Under the pieces are notes generated by a model. It saw nothing but the letters and a program-made list of their open reading frames with translations. It was not told where the DNA came from and ran no database searches. Position numbers and translations under genes: made by a program. Positions 35,558 through 45,346 of a DNA stretch of 54,019 nt are shown here, in pieces. Position 1 is the stretch's first letter. Every line of letters starts with the position of its first letter. Origin of the DNA: a virus (lineage: Duplodnaviria > Caudoviricetes); IMG/VR virus record IMGVR_UViG_3300025310_000213, positions 1 through 54,019 of that record; one strand, written 5' to 3'.

Positions 35558-37117
35558 TTACGCGGCGAGTTCCCGTCGCCATACGTCCGTTGTCCATCGC
35601 GCGAGGTCTTGCTTCTTCCTGAGAGCGTTGAGAATCACGTGGTCGATCGTTCGCTGGCCTTCCGGCCCGGTCGCGATCACGTCGGTGTAAAGCACGGTGT
35701 GTCGTTGCCCTGGCCGGTGGACGCGGTCCTCGGACTGCAGCCGCGTGGTCAGGGAGTAGTCGTTGCTCGAATAGATGACGTGGTGAGCGGCCGTCAACGT
35801 GAGGCCAAGGCCGCCAGCTTGCGGATTGGCGAACATGACCATCGGGTAGTCACCATTCGCCTGAAATTCCGCGATCATTGCCCGGCGCTCGCCTTCCTTC
35901 TGGCCGCCCTGAATGCGACCAATCGAGACGTGCGGCCACCGCTCGGCGACCGCCTTCACGGCGCGTTCTAGTTCGGCGCGGTAGCGGCACCAGACGACGA
36001 TGCGAACGTTGGGCTCGTCGGTTTCGAGCCGGTCCTCGATCTGTTCAAGCAGGACGTCGAGCTTCTCGCGGCCGATTTCCTTCGGCACCGACGGATCGCC
36101 GAGCGGCACCGTGAAGAGATCGCCGCGGTCGTCTTGCACCGGCTCGATACCGCCAAGGAACCCAGCGGTGATCTGCGACAGGCGCAGCAACCGCACGACC
36201 GCTTGAGGTGCGACGCTCACGCGCTGACCGGGACCTTCGCCGAGGTAGGCGACGCATTCGTCGCGCATTGCCTTGTAGACCTTCCACGTCGCGGGCGTCA
36301 TGCGCGCTTCGCGGATGGTGTAGGTCTTCTCGGGAAGGTCGAGGCAGTCTTCCTTCAGCCGGCGCAGCACATACGGCGCAATCTTGGCTTGCAGTTCTTC
36401 GAGACGCTGCCAGCCGATCACCTGTTTGTTCATGTAGCCGCCCATCACGGCGTAGGCGGCGCGGAAGTGAAAGAAGTTCTTCGCGCCGATGATGCGTGGG
36501 TCGAGAAACTGGAACTGCGCCCACAGGTCGAGCGGGTTGTTGCCGACCGGCGTCCCATTCAAGATGCTGCGGCGCACACAGAGTGGGGCGAGCTTGAGCA
36601 CCGCCTTCGTCTGCGCGGCCTTGTGACTCTTGATGCGAATCGACTCGTCAACGACGCCCCAGATGCGGCGCCCGCGAAGCTGGTCGATCAGTTCGAGCAA
36701 CCGATCGCCCGAGCGGATGAAATCGAAGTTCGTCACCACCCAATTCAGGCGGCCTTTGGCGAAGGGCAACCTCGGGGTCTTGGCGTGAAATTCCACGACC
36801 GTGCGCGGGAACCAGGCGTGCTTCTGGATCTCGCCGAAGTCACTCGCCCACACCGCGCGCACTGAAGCCGGCGTGACGATCAGGACGGTATCGATCTCGC
36901 CCGCATCCGCCAGGAAGCACGCCGTGTCGACGATCTGCTTCGTCTTGCCGGCACCCGGCTCGTCGAACAGCGCGAACACCCCCGGCAGAACCCGGCCTTT
37001 CGCGGGGTCGTTCCACTTGAGCAGTTCGCGGATACCGACCTTCTGGTGTTCGAACGGCGGCAGGACGCACCGCGACCAATCGATCTCGACGAGCGGTCGT
37101 GTGGTGGCGACGCTCAT
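35558..37117 (-). CDS. SNF2-family helicase
   Basis: DEPGAGKT, VVDES, LNGTP, LRRLK, GGLGLTL, QSEDRVHRPGQ; start refined to ATG 37117. Confidence 0.93.
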   Translation of the reverse strand: MSVATTRPLVEIDWSRCVLPPFEHQKVGIRELLKWNDPAKGRVLPGVFALFDEPGAGKTKQIVDTACFLADAGEIDTVLIVTPASVRAVWASDFGEIQKHAWFPRTVVEFHAKTPRLPFAKGRLNWVVTNFDFIRSGDRLLELIDQLRGRRIWGVVDESIRIKSHKAAQTKAVLKLAPLCVRRSILNGTPVGNNPLDLWAQFQFLDPRIIGAKNFFHFRAAYAVMGGYMNKQVIGWQRLEELQAKIAPYVLRRLKEDCLDLPEKTYTIREARMTPATWKVYKAMRDECVAYLGEGPGQRVSVAPQAVVRLLRLSQITAGFLGGIEPVQDDRGDLFTVPLGDPSVPKEIGREKLDVLLEQIEDRLETDEPNVRIVVWCRYRAELERAVKAVAERWPHVSIGRIQGGQKEGERRAMIAEFQANGDYPMVMFANPQAGGLGLTLTAAHHVIYSSNDYSLTTRLQSEDRVHRPGQRHTVLYTDVIATGPEGQRTIDHVILNALRKKQDLARWTTDVWRRELAA

Positions 37118-37601
37118 GCGGCCTTCCCGTTGGTGCCGCGGTGTTCGGCGATCACCAGGCAACTGGTGACGTGCGGCACACCGGTGAACGACGCTGGCAG
37201 CGGCTTCCCGACTTCGAGCGGTTCGGTCGTGCCGCCGCAGAACAGGCAGGAAAACCTGACTAGGTGGCGCTCGGCGTCGACGACGAAGCCCATCAGGTGG
37301 CTGGCCTGGAGTATCGTGTTGGCGTCTATCGCCACTTGAGAACCTCACGGCGTGCGGAGACCGACCACACGTGGTCCTTGGTCGAGGGCGACGTTGCCGC
37401 CATTCGAAGCGTGTGGCGCACCTGACGAACGCGGCAACGCACGACCGTGTCGCCGTCTTCGTCGTGGCGGATGGCTTGGCCGGTCACCCCTGGCATCACG
37501 CGCACGCGCGATCCGATTGGGAAGAACCCGTGCTTCGTGAGATCGATCGGGTCGGTGTCCTTCAGCCCTTTGATCAAGGCTTCGAGATGCTTCGGGGTCA
37601 C
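37114..37601 (-). other. Two small hypothetical ORFs (37114-37335; 37326-37601)
   Basis: Overlapping, co-oriented ORFs. Confidence 0.5.
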
Positions 37602-38443
37602 GCGGCCTCCTGTTCGGCTTCCGCAATGGCGCGAATCGGGAATCTGTTCTGAAGCGCGTCGCGGACGATCTGCTTCACGTCGTCCTGGAAGTCCTGCCCC
37701 TGTATCCAGGTCAGGTAGTCCTTCGGCACGTTCTTCAGCGGGATGCCGTTCCACTTGCCGAAGCCGAAGCACGCCTCTTGGTTGCGCCAGACGATCTTTC
37801 CGGATGCGTCGACCCAGCTCGGGTCGCGCGGGAACAACATCTCGTGGAGCCCGTCGACCGTCTGCGGCAGGTTCGGGTAGGCGTCGAGCATGTGCGCGAG
37901 GACTCGAATCGTCCAGCGCACGTCCGACATCGCGTCGTGGGCGTCGGTGATCTGCTCGCGGAGATACTTCTCGACCAGGGCTTCGAGGGTGCGCGGGAAC
38001 AGAACCTCGTCGATCCGCTTTGTGTCGATAATCTTGGCCTCAGCGTAGGACCACTGGCGACCAACGCGGGCAAATTCAGCCTCCAGAAACCGCAGATCGA
38101 ATTTCACATTCTGCCCGACGAAGTCGCAGCCCGAAAGACCGACCGCGAGCTTGCCGGCGAGACTCGCGAACGTGGGCGCGCCCGCCACCATCTCGTTCGT
38201 GATCTTGTGCTTCAGCGTCGCTTCCGCCGGGATCGCCAACTGCGGATCGATGAACGTGGTCCACTCGTTCACGCAGCCACCGGGGCACTCGTTGTTCCCG
38301 TCGACTTCCGGATACGCCTTCACGATTCCGATTTGGATCGCCCGGTCGACCCCCGGCACCGTGCCGGTGGTTTCCAAGTCGACGCAGACCAGCGGTCGCG
38401 TAATGCGAAGCCGCTGCGCAATGGTCAACAGCGGATGGTTCAC
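37598..38443 (-). CDS. DnaQ-like (DEDDh) 3'-5' exonuclease
   Basis: DLETTG, QNVKFD, IIDT, HDAMSD; C-terminal FGKWNG.PL..VP.DYL.W domain. Confidence 0.92.
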   Translation of the reverse strand: MNHPLLTIAQRLRITRPLVCVDLETTGTVPGVDRAIQIGIVKAYPEVDGNNECPGGCVNEWTTFIDPQLAIPAEATLKHKITNEMVAGAPTFASLAGKLAVGLSGCDFVGQNVKFDLRFLEAEFARVGRQWSYAEAKIIDTKRIDEVLFPRTLEALVEKYLREQITDAHDAMSDVRWTIRVLAHMLDAYPNLPQTVDGLHEMLFPRDPSWVDASGKIVWRNQEACFGFGKWNGIPLKNVPKDYLTWIQGQDFQDDVKQIVRDALQNRFPIRAIAEAEQEAA

Positions 38444-38664
38444 GCTGCCGCCTTCGCGTTGCCAAGTGGTAGCAACTCAACGGTGAACGCTCTCGGCCCC
38501 TTGAACGGGTGTGCTACCGGCTTGTAGCTGACGCGCAGGCCGACCGTCAGCTTGTCGAACGCGATCCCGCGGACTTCCTTCGCGGGGAAGAATCGGCGCA
38601 CACCGTCGTCGCCGTTGATGAACCCGAATCCACGCGTGTCGAGGCTCTGAATGGTCCCGGTCAC
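38440..38664 (-). CDS. Cold-shock domain protein
   Basis: MTGTI...RGFGFI...FF...L.VG.RVSY...KGPRA..V. Confidence 0.8.
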   Translation of the reverse strand: MTGTIQSLDTRGFGFINGDDGVRRFFPAKEVRGIAFDKLTVGLRVSYKPVAHPFKGPRAFTVELLPLGNAKAAA

Positions 38665-39291
38665 TTGGTCTCCTTGAGCGCGTTGAAGATCGTTTGAGGG
38701 CTGACGGTGATCTGGTTGGCGCCGTGCTTGACGACTACGTGCTTCCACTGGGTGAGATCGATCGTCAGCACCCCTGGCTCCGCGGCGTGTGCCACGCGGC
38801 GGGTCGTCAGCAGCAACCCGATCACGGCGAGCCAGGCTTGGCGTCGGGTCACCGCACTACCCGTTCGCTGCACTTGCACGTGAACACCGGGCGACCGCCG
38901 GGTCGCTTCTCGTCGAGTTGATCGACCAAGGCGAGATCGAGCGGGGTTTTGCAATGCTGGCAACCAAGAAGGATCTGGATGCCCTCTGCCTGCATCTCGC
39001 GGACGAATCTACTGACCCGTTTGAGCGTGTCCTTCGGCAGGACGCGCTGGGTTTTCGCGACGGCGGATGCCGGCACGATGAGCCCGGCGTCGGTGCGGAC
39101 TTCGTTCATGCCGTTTCGCCGGTGAGGCGCGTCCAGGCGCGGCGGAACAGGGTGGTCGGCTGTTTCGCCTCGGCCTTGGCGAGCAGGTTGCGGAGCACCG
39201 AAGCCCGAGTCTCGCCCTCGCTACGCCGCGATCCGTTCGTCAGGGAGCGTCCGTCCGATTCTCGAACGCCGCTTGTGATACATGTCCTCAT
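38661..39291 (-). other. Three small hypothetical ORFs (38661-38852; 38849-39109; 39106-39291)
   Basis: GTGA/ATGA coupling; 38849-39109 has CxxC and CxC motifs. Confidence 0.5.
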
Positions 39292-39298
39292 GTCGTCC

Positions 39299-40090
39299 TC
39301 AGTGCAGGAGGAAGGTCACGTCCCCGCGCTTCCCGCGAAGGCAATAGCCGCAGGACTCGCAGTTGGGTTGGTGTCCGGTTTCTTCTGGGCACACGAAAGT
39401 GGTAGCGCCGTCGACCGTGCGATAGGTCCGCGCCTTGCCTTCGAGGCTCACCTGGCCGATCGGCGCGGCCTCAGCTCGCTCGTCGCCTTCGATCCACGCC
39501 CGTCGCCAACCGGAGGGAGGCAGCTCTTCGGTCGACCTGTCCATCGACGCGAAGAGCTGCACGTTGGGCAGCGCCCGGAGGCGCTCAAGGGCGGGAAGCA
39601 AGGCGGGCACGCGCCATGAGCGCGTATAGGCCCACACCGTCACGTGTGGGTGGCGGGAAAGCAACGACGTCCACCCGTCGATGTATTGCTCGCTAGTGAA
39701 GTCGCCGGAGATGTGTAGCCGAAGCAGCCGGCAGCCTTCGGGAAGCTCGGTCGGCACGTCCTCGGTGCGCGAGTTCAACCACCACATCTGGTTGACCGGA
39801 CCGCCTTCGGCCACCGGTCGCGCCGCGTAGCAGACCCTCCGGCACTCGTCGGTGGCACCGGGGCACGTGCCCTCGTAACCGGGCGTGACGTATTCCGAAC
39901 GCAGCCACGACTCCCGATCCATGAAGTAGTGGCCCTCGAAGCCGAGCGCCGGTTCGGTTGGCAGCCCTGGATACCGCGAGTAGGTGTAAACGTTCGGCCC
40001 GATCTTCATGTTGCCGCTGCCGAACCGGCTGATCGTGGTGCCGCGCGTGTCGGGCAAGTAAACGATCAGCTTCTTCGTGTCGACCTTCAT
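39299..40090 (-). CDS. Phage Gp88-like Cys-cluster protein (radical-SAM-like)
   Basis: GNMKIG, TCPGATDECRRVCYA, RLHISGDF, WAYTRSW, CPEE...CESCGYC. Confidence 0.7.
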   Translation of the reverse strand: MKVDTKKLIVYLPDTRGTTISRFGSGNMKIGPNVYTYSRYPGLPTEPALGFEGHYFMDRESWLRSEYVTPGYEGTCPGATDECRRVCYAARPVAEGGPVNQMWWLNSRTEDVPTELPEGCRLLRLHISGDFTSEQYIDGWTSLLSRHPHVTVWAYTRSWRVPALLPALERLRALPNVQLFASMDRSTEELPPSGWRRAWIEGDERAEAAPIGQVSLEGKARTYRTVDGATTFVCPEETGHQPNCESCGYCLRGKRGDVTFLLH

Positions 40091-40265
40091 GCCGTTGTCT
40101 CCTCGTCGCGATCGGGTAGCTGCAGGAGCCGTCTCGTTTCCGCGTAAAGGACCTTGAGCCCCTCGCGATCCAACTCTCCCGGTTCCATCAGCCTGAGTTG
40201 CGTGGCCATGTCGTGAATGCGAGCGTCGAACATCAACGTCATGACCGGTTGCCGTGTCTCGGGCA

Positions 40266-40469
40266 TCACGCAGCAATCTGCTGTTCGTCCGTCTGCTGGC
40301 GTTGCCACCGTTTGTCACCACCCTTTTGGCCGGCGACGGTCGCGGTGCCCTCGGGACCAGCCGTCCATCGCGGGTGCTTGTTCTGGCTGCGCTGTGCGCG
40401 GTTCCCCATCTGACGCACCTGCTTAGCTCGTTCGGGGTTGTAGTTCGGCGATCCGAGTCCTCGCTTCAT
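40266..40469 (-). CDS. Small basic KGG-motif (stress-induced-like) protein
   Basis: KRGLGS...ERAKQV..MG...AGQKGG. Confidence 0.5.
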   Translation of the reverse strand: MKRGLGSPNYNPERAKQVRQMGNRAQRSQNKHPRWTAGPEGTATVAGQKGGDKRWQRQQTDEQQIAA

Positions 40470-40589
40470 CCCTAGTCCTCGCAAGTCGAAGGCAGCCGCG
40501 GGTTGCACGGTTGGTGGGCCTGCCAACCGCCGGTGTAGAAGATCCAGAACGCCAGACTGATGGCGACGATGAGGCGCCAGCGGATTGGA

Positions 40590-41051
40590 TTACGCCGCCT
40601 TTCGTTGAACCACCTTGGCGGACATGAGGCGACGCAGTTGTGCTCGTCGTCTCGGTGAAAGAAACGAATAGAAAGTGAGTGCGATACCCGTCGCGCGAGG
40701 GCCGTAGGCCGACCAAATCCAGAACGGTTTTCGCCCTTTCGATCGCTTGGGTTCTGGTAGCGTTCCCCCGAAGAGAGCGACGAACCTCGCAGGCAACCAC
40801 CGATCCGCTTGACCCACCGAGATGCTGAAGCTGCCAGACCGTCCGTGATGCGCGCGTGTCGCGCACATTCCCTCGCCTTCCCAAATACCTGCTGCCCACG
40901 CGATGTCGCGAATCGTTGGGGCAACTGTGCGTCGACGAGCAACACGTCGTGATTCATAGAAGCAACCTGACGAACAGAACCTATGCCGCCTCTCGCGACA
41001 GGGTCGCGTTCGACAGAAGGCGCATAGCTTGGTCCTCGTCGCCTGTTTCAC
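40590..41051 (-). CDS. LAGLIDADG-like endonuclease with N-terminal Zn-finger
   Basis: DIAWAAGIWEGEG helix, ISVGQAD, LFGG; CAFC...RFCSSGC; overlaps the methylase 3' end. Confidence 0.7.
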   Translation of the reverse strand: MKQATRTKLCAFCRTRPCRERRHRFCSSGCFYESRRVARRRTVAPTIRDIAWAAGIWEGEGMCATRAHHGRSGSFSISVGQADRWLPARFVALFGGTLPEPKRSKGRKPFWIWSAYGPRATGIALTFYSFLSPRRRAQLRRLMSAKVVQRKAA

Positions 41052-42072
41052 GCAGCGCCTTGGCGATGCGATGACTCGCGATTTCGAAGAAGTCGGTCTC
41101 ACGTTCAATCCCGATAAACGAGCGGCCCTCCAAGACGCAGGCGATCCCGGTTGAACCCGAGCCCATGAACGGATCGATCACGGTCGCCCCTGGCTTCGTG
41201 AGCAACCGCACGAGCCGTCGCATCAACTCGATCGGCTTGACTGTGGGGTGAATGTTGCGAGCGAGCGCGCCCGAGAGGATGTCGTCCATCTCCGCCTTGA
41301 TTTGCGCGTCGGTCCAGTCAGGGTGCTCGCGGCGCACACGCTCGCGAAGTTCGTCGCGCTTGATCAGGGCGTTCCCGCTGATACCGCCTTCTTTCCGGCG
41401 GAGCGGCAGGTTGTCGCAACCGTAGTCCCGCTCGTTGGCCGAGGGTTTGGCGACGTAGAGGAACTTCGCCATTCCGCGGATGTCTTCGTTCTCGTCGACG
41501 AGTTCAGGGTCGGCAATCTCAACGTTGAGCGGGTGCTTGCCGGTTTCCTCCTTCAGGTCCTGCGCGTGAAGGAATCCACGGCCGGTGCGTTTGAAGAGTT
41601 TCGTCAGGTCTTCGGCGGTCTTCTTTCGGGCAATGACGATCGGTTCATACGCCGGCTTGAGAATGTGCTTGTGTTTGACCTGGCCAGTTGCGTAGAGCCA
41701 CAGGGCCACGTCGATGAGTTCGTAGTTCGTGCGCTGCAGCGCGAACATCAGGGCGTGGACAGTGCGTGCGCCGTTGAAGGCCGCGATGAGCGCCCCTGGC
41801 TGGAGCACTTCCGATTGGAGCGGATAGGTCCACTGCGCCAGCCAATCGCGGAAGTCCTCGTCCGGTAGGGAGAGCTTGTCTTTTTGAAAGCTATCCCACC
41901 CGCGGTCGCCACCGAGATCGATGTTGTAGGGTGGGTCGGTGATGCACGCGTCCGCTTTGAGGATCTTGCCGCTCGGGGTGCGGAGCACGGTTGGCCGCCG
42001 GTGCTTGCCACCGTCGACGACTTCGGTCAGAAGGTGTAGGGTATCGCCGTGGAGCAACGTGACCGACGTCAT
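40981..42072 (-). CDS. DNA N6-A/N4-C methyltransferase (beta class), orphan
   Basis: ITDPPY precedes HPTVKP and IDPFMGSGSTG. Confidence 0.93.
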   Translation of the reverse strand: MTSVTLLHGDTLHLLTEVVDGGKHRRPTVLRTPSGKILKADACITDPPYNIDLGGDRGWDSFQKDKLSLPDEDFRDWLAQWTYPLQSEVLQPGALIAAFNGARTVHALMFALQRTNYELIDVALWLYATGQVKHKHILKPAYEPIVIARKKTAEDLTKLFKRTGRGFLHAQDLKEETGKHPLNVEIADPELVDENEDIRGMAKFLYVAKPSANERDYGCDNLPLRRKEGGISGNALIKRDELRERVRREHPDWTDAQIKAEMDDILSGALARNIHPTVKPIELMRRLVRLLTKPGATVIDPFMGSGSTGIACVLEGRSFIGIERETDFFEIASHRIAKALRETGDEDQAMRLLSNATLSREAA

Positions 42073-42159
42073 GCCGAGGCTTCGCCCCTGGTCGCCGTTG
42101 CGGGCGGGAACGCTTGGTAGTTGGTCCGCATAACCTAGCAGCGACCTTACGGTCCTCCG

Positions 42160-42317
42160 CCAAGGCTGGTCCAGCGTTTTAAGACGATGCGATCACGCTG
42201 TCACGCGAATCACTCAATAAATATGGGCGTCATTCGCGCGTTTTGAGGGAATTTAAATTTTGACTCGACATTGATAAAAAGTAGAGCTAGGGTCGTTCTT
42301 GAGGAAAGCGGAGGGCC
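42160..42317. promoter_or_regulatory. AT-rich divergent promoter region
   Basis: Strand switch; AT-rich; TTGACT at 42260. Confidence 0.65.
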
Positions 42318-42701
42318 ATGACACGCGCGAGGGTCTACGAGTTATTGACCGGCCGGCCGGCGCCCAAGTTCGGCTGGCACAAACGTCATCGGATTACGAT
42401 TCGGCAGGCGGTTTACGAGGCATTGCGGCAATTGAAACGCGCCGACCTGCCGAAGATCGTCGGGACAGTGCTAGAGAACCACCCGTATTACACGAAGCAA
42501 CGGGACCGGGATAAGCAGATTCAGTTCAACCTGTGGCAATTCACTCGCGAAGGAATCGCGCGTGAGCGCCCAGATCGCCGTTGGCGCCCGAAGCCTTCCG
42601 TGCTGAAACTCATGGCGCCACCGAAGAAGCGCAGGGATTTCAAGGTTGATAAACGCCTGTCGCAAAACGAGTCACGTCTAAAAATCGCCACTCGGAGGTG
42701 A
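42318..42701 (+). CDS. Basic putative DNA-binding regulator
   Basis: First rightward gene; MTRARVYELL helix-like start and winged-helix-like middle part. Confidence 0.5.
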   Translation: MTRARVYELLTGRPAPKFGWHKRHRITIRQAVYEALRQLKRADLPKIVGTVLENHPYYTKQRDRDKQIQFNLWQFTREGIARERPDRRWRPKPSVLKLMAPPKKRRDFKVDKRLSQNESRLKIATRR

Positions 42702-42707
42702 CAACCA

Positions 42708-43292
42708 GTGTCGTTTCATGAGCTTTCGAATACGAAGGTGATCGCGTTTGGACATCGAGCGAGGCATGGCAAGGATTTCGCTGCTGGGGTTGTCGCCCAA
42801 GCGTTCCCCTACGCACAGCGGTTTGGGTTTGCCGATGCGCTCAAGGCCGTGTGTCGAGTGCAATGGGGAATGCGGGCCAAGGATGCGGATCTCCTGCAGA
42901 AGGTTGGTGTGGCGATGCGGTCCATCGATCCTGACATTTGGCTCCGAGCCCTGTATTGGACCATCGCCGAACGGCAACCGAGGATCGCTCTCATCACGGA
43001 TCTCCGCTTCCCCAACGAGATGGACCTAGTCAAGGCCATGAACGGCTTGGCCATCAAAGTGGAGCGGCGCGATGCTGTAGGTAACCTGTTCGTTCCGGCC
43101 GACCGCGATCCGAATCACATCAGCGAGATCGCGCTTGCCGATGACCATCGCTGGGATGCAGTCATCGTAAATCCCGAAGGACAGGTCGACGTATTCCGAT
43201 CGCGAGTGCTGTCGACCGTTGAGCAATTCATCGGAAGCCGACCCAGCGGCTTCGAGGGCCTCCATTATGGCGAACAAAAGGCTGCGGCGTAA
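42708..43292 (+). CDS. Deoxynucleoside monophosphate kinase
   Basis: GHRARHGKD, FADALK, LLQKVG, ITDLRFPNE, HISE. Confidence 0.9.
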   Translation: MSFHELSNTKVIAFGHRARHGKDFAAGVVAQAFPYAQRFGFADALKAVCRVQWGMRAKDADLLQKVGVAMRSIDPDIWLRALYWTIAERQPRIALITDLRFPNEMDLVKAMNGLAIKVERRDAVGNLFVPADRDPNHISEIALADDHRWDAVIVNPEGQVDVFRSRVLSTVEQFIGSRPSGFEGLHYGEQKAAA

Positions 43293-43491
43293 TATCAGCA
43301 AGCAGCACATCAACTTTGTGCTGCCGTCTGACGTCAAGCGCGAACTCGAACAGCGCGCCGACGAACAAATGATCTCGACAAGCCATTTGATCCGACAGTT
43401 GATCCGTGCGTATTTGAAGAACGGGGCATCGCGCCCAGCGTCAACCCAATCACATTTGGGTGGCGCTGGCAATGCTTCGCGCGCGGCCTAA
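43267..43491 (+). CDS. Ribbon-helix-helix DNA-binding protein
   Basis: HINFVLPSDVKRELEQRADEQMISTSHLIRQLIRAYL. Confidence 0.75.
   Translation: MANKRLRRNISKQHINFVLPSDVKRELEQRADEQMISTSHLIRQLIRAYLKNGASRPASTQSHLGGAGNASRAA
43443..43462. promoter_or_regulatory. Operator-like palindrome copy 1
   Basis: AACCCAAT-CACA-TTTGGGTG, just upstream of the polymerase start. Confidence 0.45.
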
Positions 43492-45346
43492 TCAGCCAAC
43501 TCTTTTTCAACTTGACGGTCTCGACGAAGAGACCGAGTGGCGCCCGCCGCAGACCCTACCGGACCTGTCGCGGTATGACGAAGTGTGGGTGGACTTCGAA
43601 ACCACCGGCACGAACGTCGCCAGCGACAGGCCGGTAGGGATCGCAATCGCCACGCCCGACGACCGCGCGTATTACCTGCCGTTTCGACACCGCGGCGGCA
43701 ACCTCGACGAGCACACCGTTCAACGGTGGGCCTCGCGTGAGCTACGCGACAAGACGCTCATCGGGAGTTGGATGAAGTTCGACGCGCACATCTCCAGAAA
43801 TTGGGGCGTCCCGTTTCAGGACATGAACGTGCGGCTCCGCGACATCCAACACCAGGCATGCCTGCTCAACGAGCGGCGCCGGAAGAGCGGACTCGATCTA
43901 CTGGCCAAGGAAATCCTCGGCGAGCAAAAGCTCGACCTGCCCTTCGACAAAGGCCAGATGGCCAGGGCGCACAGTTCCCTGGTTGGGCCGTATGCCGAGC
44001 AGGACGTGCGGCTCACACGGCGACTCGACCTGGCGATGCGGCCGATGATCGAGAAGGAAGACCTCGGGCGCGTGTTGGCGCTCGAAGATTCCCTGATCGA
44101 GGTCGTCGTCGAGATGGAGGCGAACGCGGCTCCACTCGATATCGAGAAGCTCGAACGGTGGTGCGTCGATGTTCGAGCGCAACGCGACGCAGGGCTCAAG
44201 GCTCTGCGTGACCTCGCCGGCTTCCCCGTCAACCCTGACTCGCATCCAGACCTGATGCGGCTGTTTGCGAAGTGGGGTCTGCAGACACCGATCGACGAAG
44301 TCGACGGCCGGCCTACGTTTGCGGCTGCGTATCTCCTGCCGATGAAAGACCAGCACCCAGGCGTCGCGTTGGTGCTGCGCACGCGGGCGCTGAGCAGCCT
44401 GCTCTCGAAGTTCCTCGACAAATACTCGAAGGTCGTCGGGCCGGACGGGAGACTTCGCTACAACCTCCACCAGCTACGTGCCGACGACTACGGGACGATC
44501 ACCGGGCGGTTCAGCGCGGCCGACGAGAACATTCAGCAGGTTTACCATCCGGAGAATCAGGAAAAGAAGCTCGGCACGCGGGAATTTCTCGTGCGCGAGT
44601 TGTTCATACCAGAGCCGGGAAAACTGTGGGTGTCGGCCGATGCGGCGCAGATCGAGTATCGGATTTTTGCCAGCCTCGCAGCGAACCCCGACGTCCTTGC
44701 CGCGTTCGCCAAAGACCCCGACGCGGACTTCCATCAACTCGTGACCGACATGGTGCGGTCACTCGCGATGCCCAGCGCGAGTCGCAAATACGTGAAGAAC
44801 GTCAACTTCGCAAAAATCTTTGGGGCGGGCACAAAGAAGATCCGCCGCATGCTCGGGTGCTCGATGGACGAAGCACAAGCGTTCATCGACGCCTACGACC
44901 AAGCGTTCCCAGAAGTCGGGCCGCTCATTCGTTCGGTGGAGCAGGCGATCCGTCGCCGGCATCGCACGGAAGGCTGCGGTTACGTGCGGACGCTCACCGG
45001 CCGGCGTCGCCGCTACCCTGATCTCGATCGATTGCATTCCGGGTTGAACGCCTTCATCCAGGGCACCGCCGCGGATATCAACAAAATCAAGCTCCGCGCG
45101 GTCTACGACGAACGCAAGCGTCTTGATCTGACGATGCGTTTCACCGTTCACGACGAACTGGACGGCGATATCGGGACGCCGGCCAAGGCTAGGGAACTAC
45201 AGAGACTTTTGAACGAGCCGGCCCTCCCTGACCTGAAAGTTCCGATCAGGTGGGGCGTTGGTATCGGACCGAATTGGGCAGCGGTGCAGGATCTGCCCGA
45301 GGAAATGGCGGCGGGTCTTCGCGACACCTTCAAGGAGGCCGTGTGA
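43460..45346 (+). CDS. Family A DNA polymerase (3'-5' exonuclease plus polymerase, no 5'-3' exonuclease)
   Basis: DFETTG, KFD, YAEQD exonuclease motifs; TGRFS, motif A DAAQIEYR, motif B RKYVKNVNF, IQGTAAD, motif C VHDEL. Confidence 0.95.
   Translation: MALAMLRARPNQPTLFQLDGLDEETEWRPPQTLPDLSRYDEVWVDFETTGTNVASDRPVGIAIATPDDRAYYLPFRHRGGNLDEHTVQRWASRELRDKTLIGSWMKFDAHISRNWGVPFQDMNVRLRDIQHQACLLNERRRKSGLDLLAKEILGEQKLDLPFDKGQMARAHSSLVGPYAEQDVRLTRRLDLAMRPMIEKEDLGRVLALEDSLIEVVVEMEANAAPLDIEKLERWCVDVRAQRDAGLKALRDLAGFPVNPDSHPDLMRLFAKWGLQTPIDEVDGRPTFAAAYLLPMKDQHPGVALVLRTRALSSLLSKFLDKYSKVVGPDGRLRYNLHQLRADDYGTITGRFSAADENIQQVYHPENQEKKLGTREFLVRELFIPEPGKLWVSADAAQIEYRIFASLAANPDVLAAFAKDPDADFHQLVTDMVRSLAMPSASRKYVKNVNFAKIFGAGTKKIRRMLGCSMDEAQAFIDAYDQAFPEVGPLIRSVEQAIRRRHRTEGCGYVRTLTGRRRRYPDLDRLHSGLNAFIQGTAADINKIKLRAVYDERKRLDLTMRFTVHDELDGDIGTPAKARELQRLLNEPALPDLKVPIRWGVGIGPNWAAVQDLPEEMAAGLRDTFKEAV

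Noticed and set aside
34544-45346. 2-aminoadenine (dZ) or 7-deazaguanine modification system
   Set aside because: No PurZ, MazZ, Que/FolE or DpdA-like gene recognised; the HD protein looks like the ordinary YfbR/YfdR type.
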